A program made the translations under genes and the position numbers. The notes below the pieces were generated by a model. The model had not been told where the DNA came from. It ran no database searches and worked only from the letters and a program-made list of their open reading frames with translations. From assembly GCA_002327765.1 (NCBI GenBank), contig DCUH01000008.1, forward strand, positions 24,330 through 65,383: 41,054 bases of DNA, given 5' to 3'. Positions 9,128 to 17,377 of this stretch are shown in pieces. Numbering within the stretch: the first letter of the stretch is position 1; each line of letters starts with the position of its first letter. Origin of the DNA: a bacterium UBA2219. Its GTDB lineage: Bacteria > Desulfobacterota > Deferrimicrobia > Deferrimicrobiales > Deferrimicrobiaceae.

Positions 9128-10907
9128 CGATGCTCAGCTCCTTCCATGCCGCGTTCGCCATCCGGACCAGCGCCTGATCCTTCCGGATTCTTTTCCTGTA
9201 TTCCTCGCCCCCGTCCCTCCCCAAGAGCACGGAGAGCCGGTAGCACGCCCACTCGTGCTCCGGGTCCTTTTCCGCCGCCAGCCGGTAGAGCCGGACTGCC
9301 TCGCCCCTGCGGCCCGCGTCGTAGTGCGCGTCGGCCAGCCGCGAAAGCGCTTCCGCGGAGACGGCGGCCCCGGGGCGCGACGCCCCCGCCTCGATGGCGG
9401 CGGCCGCCTTCCGGGCGTCCTCGGCGTAAGGGAGAACCTCCCCCAGCATCGACAGCTCCGCCCCCTCCAGCTTCTCCATGGAAAGGAGCGCCTTCGCGGC
9501 TCCCCGGTAATCCTTCTCCGATAACTTGAGGTACGCCTCGGCCCGCGCCACGTCGTCGCCCGCCGCGTTCAGGCTCCTCAGGGCCTTCAGGCTCTCCCGC
9601 AGCCCGGCGGTGTCGCCGGACCGCGCGAACTCGGACGCCCGCTGGGCCAGGAACTTCGAGCGAACGGCGGAGGAGCCGTACCGGGAAAGCCACTGGACGA
9701 GGTCCCGGTGCGGCTTCCCGGTCCCGCGGAGATCGTCCGCCATCAGCACGAGCGTCGGCTCGCGCGACGAGTCCAGCAGCCATCGGCCGCCGGCGTTCCA
9801 GAGGGCAGACAGGTGCGCGGGCCCCTTCGACCGGGCCGCCAGCAGCACCCTCTCGATCTCGTCGAGGGCCATGCCGCGCACCGTCGAGGGGCGCAGCACG
9901 AGCTTGGAAAGCAGGGTCAGCGCCGCGGACGGGTCGCCGGCCGCCGAGCGCATGCGGGCGAGGCGCAGGACCGCCTGGTCGTACTCCGCGGTGAACGGGT
10001 ACCCGTCGACGATCCGGTCGAGCCGGGCGACCGCCTCGGCGGCCTTGCCCGCCGCCGCCTCGACGTCGGAAGCGCGCAGCATCGCGACCCGCGACAGCTT
10101 CCGGTCCTTCGAGGAGGAGAGCGAGGAGAACCGCCGGATCGCCTCGTCCGGCTTCGACTCCTCCACCGCGATCTCGCCGAGCCCGAACGCGGCGTAATCC
10201 TTGTATTCCGGCCCCGTAACCTTCAGCAGAAGCTCCTTCGCGCGGGGGACGAGCCCCGACATGCGGAGGTTCTCGCCCAGGAAGCAGCGTGTCTCCTCGG
10301 AGAAGTCGGGGAACTTCGGGTCGACGGCCATCGCCGCCGAGTACGCCCGCGCGGCCTCGATCGTCATTCCCATCCTCTGGAGGGCGTTTGCCTTCCCGAA
10401 GAGGGCCTCGGCGGAAGGGCCGGCCAGGTCGAACTGCCGGACCGCCTCGTGGTGTCTCCCGATGCCGGAGAGGCTGCGCCCCAGCAGGGTCCGCACCCTT
10501 CCTTCCTGCGGGGACCGCGGGAACCTCTTGAGGAAGATCAGGCAGTCGGTCTTTGCCTCGAAGCGGTATCCCATCCGGAACTCCGCGTCGGCCGCCATGA
10601 AGAGCGCCATCTCCTGGAGAGAGGGGTCGTTCGAGTAGACCGAGGCGCGGCGGTAGTGGTCGGCGGCTTCCAGCGTGCGGTCCGTGGCCGCCAGCGCGCG
10701 CCCGAAGACGTAGTAATAGGCCCCCAGCTCCGCGAACGCCGGGCGCAGCGACGACAGCGACATCACCGCCTCGGGCGCCTTGTTCCCGTCGACCAGCGCC
10801 AGCGCCGAAGAGATCGGGCCGTCGGGGATCGTCACCGCGGGCGCAGCCGCCCCGCAGACGCCGGGCAGCAGGGCCAGGACGAGCAGATAGGGAAGAAACC
10901 TTGCCAT
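9117..10907 (-). CDS. exported tetratricopeptide-repeat protein
   Basis: N-terminal hydrophobic signal; repeated helical A/Y/G TPR patterns; overlaps the kinase start. Confidence 0.8.
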   Translation of the reverse strand: MARFLPYLLVLALLPGVCGAAAPAVTIPDGPISSALALVDGNKAPEAVMSLSSLRPAFAELGAYYYVFGRALAATDRTLEAADHYRRASVYSNDPSLQEMALFMAADAEFRMGYRFEAKTDCLIFLKRFPRSPQEGRVRTLLGRSLSGIGRHHEAVRQFDLAGPSAEALFGKANALQRMGMTIEAARAYSAAMAVDPKFPDFSEETRCFLGENLRMSGLVPRAKELLLKVTGPEYKDYAAFGLGEIAVEESKPDEAIRRFSSLSSSKDRKLSRVAMLRASDVEAAAGKAAEAVARLDRIVDGYPFTAEYDQAVLRLARMRSAAGDPSAALTLLSKLVLRPSTVRGMALDEIERVLLAARSKGPAHLSALWNAGGRWLLDSSREPTLVLMADDLRGTGKPHRDLVQWLSRYGSSAVRSKFLAQRASEFARSGDTAGLRESLKALRSLNAAGDDVARAEAYLKLSEKDYRGAAKALLSMEKLEGAELSMLGEVLPYAEDARKAAAAIEAGASRPGAAVSAEALSRLADAHYDAGRRGEAVRLYRLAAEKDPEHEWACYRLSVLLGRDGGEEYRKRIRKDQALVRMANAAWKELSIDGQ

Positions 10908-10919
10908 GACACACTTAAA

Positions 10920-10935
10920 AGCAATAAGCGTGCCA
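10920..10935 (-). promoter_or_regulatory. consensus sigma54 promoter of the TPR-kinase-regulator operon
   Basis: Minus strand TGGCAC-GCTTA-TTGCT. Confidence 0.88.
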
Positions 10936-10977
10936 CATTAAGTAGCTATTTTTTCAGGAGATTTTACGGAGCGGGTG

Positions 10978-12405
10978 TCAAGGAACCGACACGGGTGTCG
11001 ACAGTCCCATCTTCTTGATCTTCTCCAGCAAAGTCGTGCGGTTGAGCCCCAACAGCATCGCCGCCTTGTTTTTCACCCCGCCGGACTTCTCGAGCGCCTG
11101 GAGGATCAGGGCCCGTTCCAGCTCGTCGAGCACGGCGTTCAGGTTGATCCCCGAATCCGTCCAGGGGGTCGGGACCCGGATGTCGGACTGGAGGGGGGCC
11201 TCCTGCGACGGGAGCGCGGGCGCCGCCCCGCCCACCGTCGCGCGAATGTGCTCCGGCAGGTCCTCCACCCCGACGACGCCGCTGTCGTTGAGGATGGCCA
11301 TCCGCTCGACCGCGTTCTCGAGCTCCCGGACGTTCCCCGGCCAGCGGTACCCGACCAGGATTTTGCGGGCCTCGGGGGAGACCTTCAGGAGCGGCCGCTT
11401 CCGCTTCTTGCAGAAAATCCCCATGAAGTGCTCGAAGAGCAGCATGATGTCGTCGTCCCGCTCCCGGAGGGGCGGGATGTGCAGCGGGATCACGTTCAGG
11501 CGGTAGTAGAGGTCCTCGCGAAACGACCCGGCGGCCACGGCCTTCTCGAGCTCCCGGTTCGTGGCGGCGAGGATCCGCACGTTCACCTTGATGGTCTTCG
11601 TGCCGCCGATCCGCTCGAACTCCCGCTCCTGGACCACGCGCAGCAGCTTGACCTGCAGGGCGAAGGGCAGCTCGGCGATCTCGTCGAGGAAGATCGTCCC
11701 GAAGTTCGCCAGCTCGAACCGGCCGACCCGGGCGCTTACGGCGCCGGTGAACGCACCCTTCTCGTGCCCGAACAGCTCGGACTCGAGGAGGTCCCGGGGG
11801 ATCGCCCCGCAGTTGATCGGCACGAACGGCTGGTCCGCGCGGGAGCTGTTGTAGTGGATCGTCTTCGCGACGAGCTCCTTCCCCGTCCCGCTCTCCCCCG
11901 TGATGAGGATGGTGCTGTCGGTGTCGGAGATCTTCTCGAGGATCCGGTAGAGCCCCTGCATCCGGGGGGAGTTGCCGATGAAGTTGCGGAAGTCGTACTT
12001 GTCGCTGAGCTGCCTTTTGAGGTTCGCGTTCTCCTTCTCGAGCCGCTTGTGGGAAAGCGCCCGGTCGATCGTGATCCGGAGCGCCTCGAGGTTGAACGGC
12101 TTCTCGATGTAGTCGAAGGCGCCCAGGCGCATGGCGTCCACGGCCGACTCGATCGACCCGTTCCCGGTGATGACGATCGCCGGGGTGTCGATGGAGAGAT
12201 CCTTGACCTCCCGCAGGACATCGAACCCTCCCTTGCCGGGCATGACGAGGTCGACCAGGTAGAGGTCGAACTTCTGCCGCCGGAGGAGCTCCATCCCCGA
12301 GTCGCCGTCCTTCGCGTCGGTCACCTCGAAGCCGCCGGCGCCGAGGAAATCGCCGAGAAGGCTCCGGATGTCTTCATTGTCGTCGATGACGAGAATCGAC
12401 TGCAT
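10978..12405 (-). CDS. sigma54-dependent response regulator, probable flagellar master activator (FleQ/FlrA-like)
   Basis: Receiver, GESGTGKE, GAFTGA, C-terminal KNKAAMLLGLNRTTLLEKIKK (FleQ-like HTH). Confidence 0.88.
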   Translation of the reverse strand: MQSILVIDDNEDIRSLLGDFLGAGGFEVTDAKDGDSGMELLRRQKFDLYLVDLVMPGKGGFDVLREVKDLSIDTPAIVITGNGSIESAVDAMRLGAFDYIEKPFNLEALRITIDRALSHKRLEKENANLKRQLSDKYDFRNFIGNSPRMQGLYRILEKISDTDSTILITGESGTGKELVAKTIHYNSSRADQPFVPINCGAIPRDLLESELFGHEKGAFTGAVSARVGRFELANFGTIFLDEIAELPFALQVKLLRVVQEREFERIGGTKTIKVNVRILAATNRELEKAVAAGSFREDLYYRLNVIPLHIPPLRERDDDIMLLFEHFMGIFCKKRKRPLLKVSPEARKILVGYRWPGNVRELENAVERMAILNDSGVVGVEDLPEHIRATVGGAAPALPSQEAPLQSDIRVPTPWTDSGINLNAVLDELERALILQALEKSGGVKNKAAMLLGLNRTTLLEKIKKMGLSTPVSVP

Positions 12406-12587
12406 CGCGCCCCCCTGGACCGCCCCCCGGAACGGGGAGTCAATCCGTTGACCTTTACACTATTCGGGCAGAAAGGGGGAAAAGTTCAAGGGAAATTTGC
12501 AGCGCGGGGAAAATTTCTCCACCCTGCCCCCGCCGCCGCCGGGCCACGGGTCAAAAAACCGCCCCGCGCCGCTCCCCCCCTGCCCCG

Positions 12588-13907
12588 TCACTTCATCGGG
12601 CGGCCGCCCTTCGCGGCCCACTCCTCGAGCATGTCGGTGGTCACCGACTTCGGCCGCTCGAGCGGGTAGCCGAGGCCTCGGTCCCAGGTGATGTTCGCCA
12701 GGGTGCCGAGCGCGCGCCCCACGCCGAAGAGGACGGTGTAGAAGTCGTACTGGGTGACGCCGTAGTGCCACTGGATGACGCCCGAGGCGGAATCGACGTT
12801 CGGCCAGGGGTTCTTCGCCTTCCCGTGCTCGCGCAGGACCCCCGGCGCCACCTCGTAGATCAGGTTCGTCAGCTGGAACATCGGGTCGTCCGGCATGTGC
12901 TTCAGCGCGAAGTCGTGCTGGGCGGTGTACCTCGGGTCGGTGATCCGGAGGACGGCGTGGCCGTAGCCGGGGATGACCCGACCGCCGTTCAGGGTGTCCC
13001 AAAGGAACTTCTTCAGCTCCTCGCGGGAGGGGACCTTCCCCCCCATCTCCTTCATGAGGTTCTGGATCCACATGAGGACCTCCTGGTTCGCCAGCCCGTG
13101 CAGCGGCCCCGCGAGGCCGTTCAGCCCCGCGGAGAAAGCGTAGTAGGCGTCCGAAAGGGTCGATGCGACGAGGTGCACCGCGTGCGCGGAGACGTTCCCC
13201 GACTCGTGGTCGGAATGCAGGATGAAGTACATCCGCGCCACGTCGTCGTAAGGCTTCGGGATCCCCATCATGTGGGCGAAGTTGCCGCCCATGTCGAGGT
13301 CCGGTTCCGGGGGGATGATCGCGCCTCCCTTGTACTTCATGCGGTAGATGTAGGCGGCGATCTGGGGGAGCTTCGCCAGGAGGTTCATGGAATCCTCGTA
13401 CATCGGGTCCCAGTATTCCGCCTTCCGCATCCCCTCGTTGTAACGCCTGACGAAGACCGACTCGCGCTGCATCGAAAGGATTGCGGCCGACAGCAGCGCC
13501 ATGGGGTGGGAATCGCGCGCCATCGCCCGGAGGGTGTCGAACACGTAATTGGGGACCCGGGAGCGCTCCCGGAAATCGTCCCGGACCTCCTTCACGGCCT
13601 GCTCCGACGGGATTTCGCCGGTCAGGAGGAAGTACCAGAACGCCTCCACGGAAGGGTAATCGCAGCCCGGCGGCTTCGGCAGCGCGGCGAACGTCTCGGG
13701 GATGGTCTTCCCGCGGAAGCGGATCCCTTCCATCGGGTCGAGGTACGAGATGTCCGTCACGAGGCACCGCACGTCGCGGGCCCCTCCGATGGCCTGCTCG
13801 ATGGTCACCTTGTCGATCACCACGTGCCCGTGCTCCTTGAGCAGCTTCTGGGTTCGCGGACGATGGGCCTCGATCTTCTCGCGCAGCGTCTCTTTCAGGC
13901 TGGACAT
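12588..13907 (-). CDS. gltA: citrate synthase, eukaryote/Geobacter type
   Basis: HSDHESGNVSAH, LNGLAGPLHGLANQEV, PGYGHAVLR, KNPWPNVD, ERPKS. GGAGGG favours the ATG at 13907 (13913 also possible). Confidence 0.95.
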   Translation of the reverse strand: MSSLKETLREKIEAHRPRTQKLLKEHGHVVIDKVTIEQAIGGARDVRCLVTDISYLDPMEGIRFRGKTIPETFAALPKPPGCDYPSVEAFWYFLLTGEIPSEQAVKEVRDDFRERSRVPNYVFDTLRAMARDSHPMALLSAAILSMQRESVFVRRYNEGMRKAEYWDPMYEDSMNLLAKLPQIAAYIYRMKYKGGAIIPPEPDLDMGGNFAHMMGIPKPYDDVARMYFILHSDHESGNVSAHAVHLVASTLSDAYYAFSAGLNGLAGPLHGLANQEVLMWIQNLMKEMGGKVPSREELKKFLWDTLNGGRVIPGYGHAVLRITDPRYTAQHDFALKHMPDDPMFQLTNLIYEVAPGVLREHGKAKNPWPNVDSASGVIQWHYGVTQYDFYTVLFGVGRALGTLANITWDRGLGYPLERPKSVTTDMLEEWAAKGGRPMK

Positions 13908-13978
13908 GGCCATCCCTCCGGAATCGTCGTGTTCGGTAATTTTTAGCCTATCCGAAGTCCGGCCCAAAGGGAACCCGT

Positions 13979-14007
13979 TTGACTGGACCCGATTTCTATA
14001 CTAAGAT
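13979..14007 (+). promoter_or_regulatory. sigma70 promoter of metH
   Basis: TTGACT-17 nt-TAAGAT ending 9 nt before the ATG. Confidence 0.65.
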
Positions 14008-14016
14008 TGGGCACTT

Positions 14017-17000
14017 ATGAACGACAAACCGAAGTCGCCGAAAGATCGCGGGCTGCTGGTTTTCGACGGGGCCTGCGGGACGAACCTGCAGCGGGTCGAG
14101 ATCCCCCCGTCCGCATGGCAGGGACGCGAGGGGTGCAACGAATTCCTCAACGTTTCCGCGCCGGAAGTGATCCGGGAATGGCACGGGTCGTTCCTCGCCG
14201 CGGGGGCCGACGTGCTGGAGACCAACTCCTTCGGCGCCAACCGGGTCGTGCTGGCGGAGTACGGCCTTTCGGAGCGCGTGGCGGAGATCAACCGCGCGGC
14301 GGTGGAAAACGCGAGGGAGGCGATCCGGCGGGCGGGCGCCGACGCGTTCGTCGCGGGGTCCATCGGCCCGACGACGAAGCTCCCCTCGCTCGGCCACATC
14401 GGCGTCGGCGAGCTTTCGGACGCCTTCTCGGAGCAGGCCCGCGCGCTGGTCGAGGCCGGGGCCGACCTGCTGATCGTCGAGACGTGCCAGGACCTGCTGC
14501 AGGTCAAGACCGCCGTCGTCGCGTGCTTCGAGACGCTCGAGGCGATGAAGCGGGACGTCCCCCTGATGGTCTCGCTCACGGTGGAGGCGACGGGGACGAT
14601 GCTGGTGGGCACCGACGTGGCCGCCGCCCTGGCCGCCCTCGAGCCGTACCCGCTCTTCTCCATCGGCCTGAATTGCGCCACGGGGCCGGAAGGGATGGTC
14701 TCCCACATCCGCCACCTGTGCCGCAACTACCGCGGGAGGGTCTCCTGCATCCCGAACGCGGGGATCCCGACGGTCTCCGGCGGAAAGACCGTCTACCCGC
14801 TCTCCCCCGAGGCGTTCGCGGCCCAGCTCCGCGCGCTCGTCCGCGACGACGGGGTGTCCATCGTGGGCGGCTGCTGCGGCACGACGCCGGAGCACATCCG
14901 GAAGCTGCGCGAGGCGCTCGAGGGGGTCCGCCCCGCGGCCCGCGACGTCTCGCCGAAGCCCTCTTTGAGCAGCCTCTACCAGGCCGTCGAGATCCGCCAG
15001 GAGATCCCCCCCTTCCTCATCGGGGAGCGCTGCAACGCCAGCGGGTCGAAGAAGTTCCGGGAGCTGCTCCTCGCGGACGACTTCGACGGCGCGGTCCGGG
15101 TCGCCATCGACCAGCAGGCGGACGGCGCCCACGCCGTGGACCTGTGCGCGGCCTTCGCCGGCAGGGACGAGTCGGCCGACCTCCCCGCCCTGGCCCGGCT
15201 CTTCGCGAAGTCGGTCCACGCCCCTCTGGTCATCGACTCTACCCGGCCCGAGTGCATCGAGGCGGCGCTGTCGGCCCACCCGGGCCGGTGCCTGGTCAAC
15301 TCGGTGAACCTGGAGGACGGCGGGAGGAACCTCGAGCGGATCTGCCGCTCCGCGAGGAAGCACGGCGCCGCCGTCATCGCCCTCACGATCCACGAGAAGG
15401 GGATGGCGATGACGGTCGGGGAGAAGCTCGCCACGGCGAGGCGGATCCGCGACCTGGCCGTGGAAAGATACGGCCTGCGCGATTCGGACCTGGTCTTCGA
15501 CCTCCTCACCTTCACGGTCGGCTCGGGCGACGCCGTGCTCGCCGACGCGGCGGCGAGGACCCTCGAGGCGGTGCGCCGGCTCAAGGAGGAGCTCCCCCGC
15601 GTCTTCACCTCGCTGGGCGTGAGCAACGTCTCCTTCGGCCTCTCCCCCGCCTCCCGCAAGGTGCTGAACTCCGTCTTCCTGCACGAGGCGGTGGCGGCCG
15701 GGCTCGACATGGCCATCATCGACGCGGGGAAGATCCTTCCGCTGGCGTCGATCCCGGAGGCCGACCGGGAGGCGTGCCTCGACCTCCTCTACAACCGCCC
15801 CCGGGCCGACGGGGAGACGCCGCTCGCCGCCTTCATCCGCCACTTCGCGGACGCCGCCGCGGAGAAGGAGCGGCCGGCCGGGGAGAAGGGGCGCCCCGCC
15901 CCGCCGGAAGAGGAGCTGGCCGGGAAGGTGCTGGCCGGCGACCGCGAGGGGCTGGACGACCTCCTGGCGATCCTGCTGTCGCGCCGCCCGGCGACGTCGG
16001 TCATCAACGAGGTCCTGGTCCCCGCGATGCGCCGCGTGGGCGAGCTGTTCGGGCGGGGGGAGATGCTGCTGCCGTTCGTGCTGCGTTCCGCGGAGGTGAT
16101 GAAGCACGCCGTCGACCGGCTGGGCCCCTTCCTCGAGAAGTCCGAACGGGAAGCGGGACGCAAGGTGCTCCTGGCCACCGTGGCGGGCGACGTGCACGAC
16201 ATCGGGAAGAACCTGGTGGACATCATCCTCTCGAACAACGGGTACCGGGTGATCAACCTCGGGATCAAGGTGCCCGCGGAGACGATCATCGAGAAGGCGG
16301 CGGAACTGGGGGCGGATGCGATCGGGCTTTCCGGCCTGCTGGTCAAGTCCGCCCTGGCGATGAAGGAGGCGCTGCCGCAGTTCGCCGCGGCAGGCCTTTC
16401 CGTCCCCGTGCTGTTGGGCGGCGCCGCCCTGACCGAAACGTTCGTCGCCCGGGAGTGTGCCCCCGCGTACCCCGGCCCCGTGGTGTACTGCCCGGACGCC
16501 TTCGCGGGGCTCTCCGCCCTGAAGGATTCCGAGGCGGGAACGCTCGTCTCGACGTCCGTGCCCGCCCCGGACGACCGCCCGGCCGCGCCCCCGGGGTTGA
16601 AGAGGGCGCCCGTCCCGCGGGACGCCGCCGCGCCGACCCCCCCCTTCCTCGGGAGGCGGCACGTCGGGGGGATCGACCCGGCGCTGCTGTTTCCCTACGT
16701 CAACGAGCAGGCGCTCTTCCGGGGCCGGTGGGGGTACCGCCGCGGGAAAATGACCGCGGAGGAGCACGAAGCGCTGGTCCGGGACCAGGTCCGGCCGATG
16801 TACGAGGAGATGAAGGCCCGGGCGCTTTCGGAGCGGCTCCTCGAGCCCGCGGTCGCCTACGGCTGGTTCCCCTGCTTCTCCAAGGGCGACACGCTCGTCG
16901 TGCAGCACGAGGGGCGCGACTTCCCGTTCCGCTTCCCGCGCCAGGGCGCCCCTCCGCACCTGTGCATCGCGGACTACTTCCGGACGCGGGAGAAGGGCGG

Positions 17001-17361
17001 CGACGTGGCGGGCTTCTTCGTCGCCACCGTGGGGGACCGGATCGGGCCGGCGGCCCGGGAGCTCTTCGGGGCCGACCGGTACCACGACTACCTGATGCTG
17101 CACGCCTTCGGCGTCGAGGCCGCCGACGCGCTGGCGGAGTACTGGCACGAGGCGATGCGGCGCGAGCTCGGCATCGGCGGGTCCAGGTACGGCTTCGGCT
17201 ACCCGTCCTGCCCGGACCTCTCGGCGCACCTCGCGGTGTTCGAGCTCCTCGCCCCGGAGGGCATCGGCGTCACGCTGACGGAAACGATGGAGATGGTGCC
17301 GGAGCAGACGACCTCCGCCATCGTCGTCCACCACCCGCAGGCGATATATTTCGCGGTATAG
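14017..17361 (+). CDS. metH: cobalamin-dependent methionine synthase
   Basis: Hcy domain (GLNCATGP, GGCCGTTP), pterin domain (IGERCNASGSKKF), B12 motif DVHDIGKN, activation domain GYPSCPDL/PEQTTSA. Confidence 0.96.
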   Translation: MNDKPKSPKDRGLLVFDGACGTNLQRVEIPPSAWQGREGCNEFLNVSAPEVIREWHGSFLAAGADVLETNSFGANRVVLAEYGLSERVAEINRAAVENAREAIRRAGADAFVAGSIGPTTKLPSLGHIGVGELSDAFSEQARALVEAGADLLIVETCQDLLQVKTAVVACFETLEAMKRDVPLMVSLTVEATGTMLVGTDVAAALAALEPYPLFSIGLNCATGPEGMVSHIRHLCRNYRGRVSCIPNAGIPTVSGGKTVYPLSPEAFAAQLRALVRDDGVSIVGGCCGTTPEHIRKLREALEGVRPAARDVSPKPSLSSLYQAVEIRQEIPPFLIGERCNASGSKKFRELLLADDFDGAVRVAIDQQADGAHAVDLCAAFAGRDESADLPALARLFAKSVHAPLVIDSTRPECIEAALSAHPGRCLVNSVNLEDGGRNLERICRSARKHGAAVIALTIHEKGMAMTVGEKLATARRIRDLAVERYGLRDSDLVFDLLTFTVGSGDAVLADAAARTLEAVRRLKEELPRVFTSLGVSNVSFGLSPASRKVLNSVFLHEAVAAGLDMAIIDAGKILPLASIPEADREACLDLLYNRPRADGETPLAAFIRHFADAAAEKERPAGEKGRPAPPEEELAGKVLAGDREGLDDLLAILLSRRPATSVINEVLVPAMRRVGELFGRGEMLLPFVLRSAEVMKHAVDRLGPFLEKSEREAGRKVLLATVAGDVHDIGKNLVDIILSNNGYRVINLGIKVPAETIIEKAAELGADAIGLSGLLVKSALAMKEALPQFAAAGLSVPVLLGGAALTETFVARECAPAYPGPVVYCPDAFAGLSALKDSEAGTLVSTSVPAPDDRPAAPPGLKRAPVPRDAAAPTPPFLGRRHVGGIDPALLFPYVNEQALFRGRWGYRRGKMTAEEHEALVRDQVRPMYEEMKARALSERLLEPAVAYGWFPCFSKGDTLVVQHEGRDFPFRFPRQGAPPHLCIADYFRTREKGGDVAGFFVATVGDRIGPAARELFGADRYHDYLMLHAFGVEAADALAEYWHEAMRRELGIGGSRYGFGYPSCPDLSAHLAVFELLAPEGIGVTLTETMEMVPEQTTSAIVVHHPQAIYFAV

Positions 17362-17377
17362 CGGAAACGGAGCGGCC

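Noticed and set aside
12551-12590. Intrinsic terminator after citrate synthase
   Set aside because: A T-run is present on the minus strand, but no convincing stem precedes it.
13914-14016. SAM or cobalamin riboswitch upstream of metH
   Set aside because: The gap is ~100 nt, is shared by divergent promoters, and shows no aptamer motifs.
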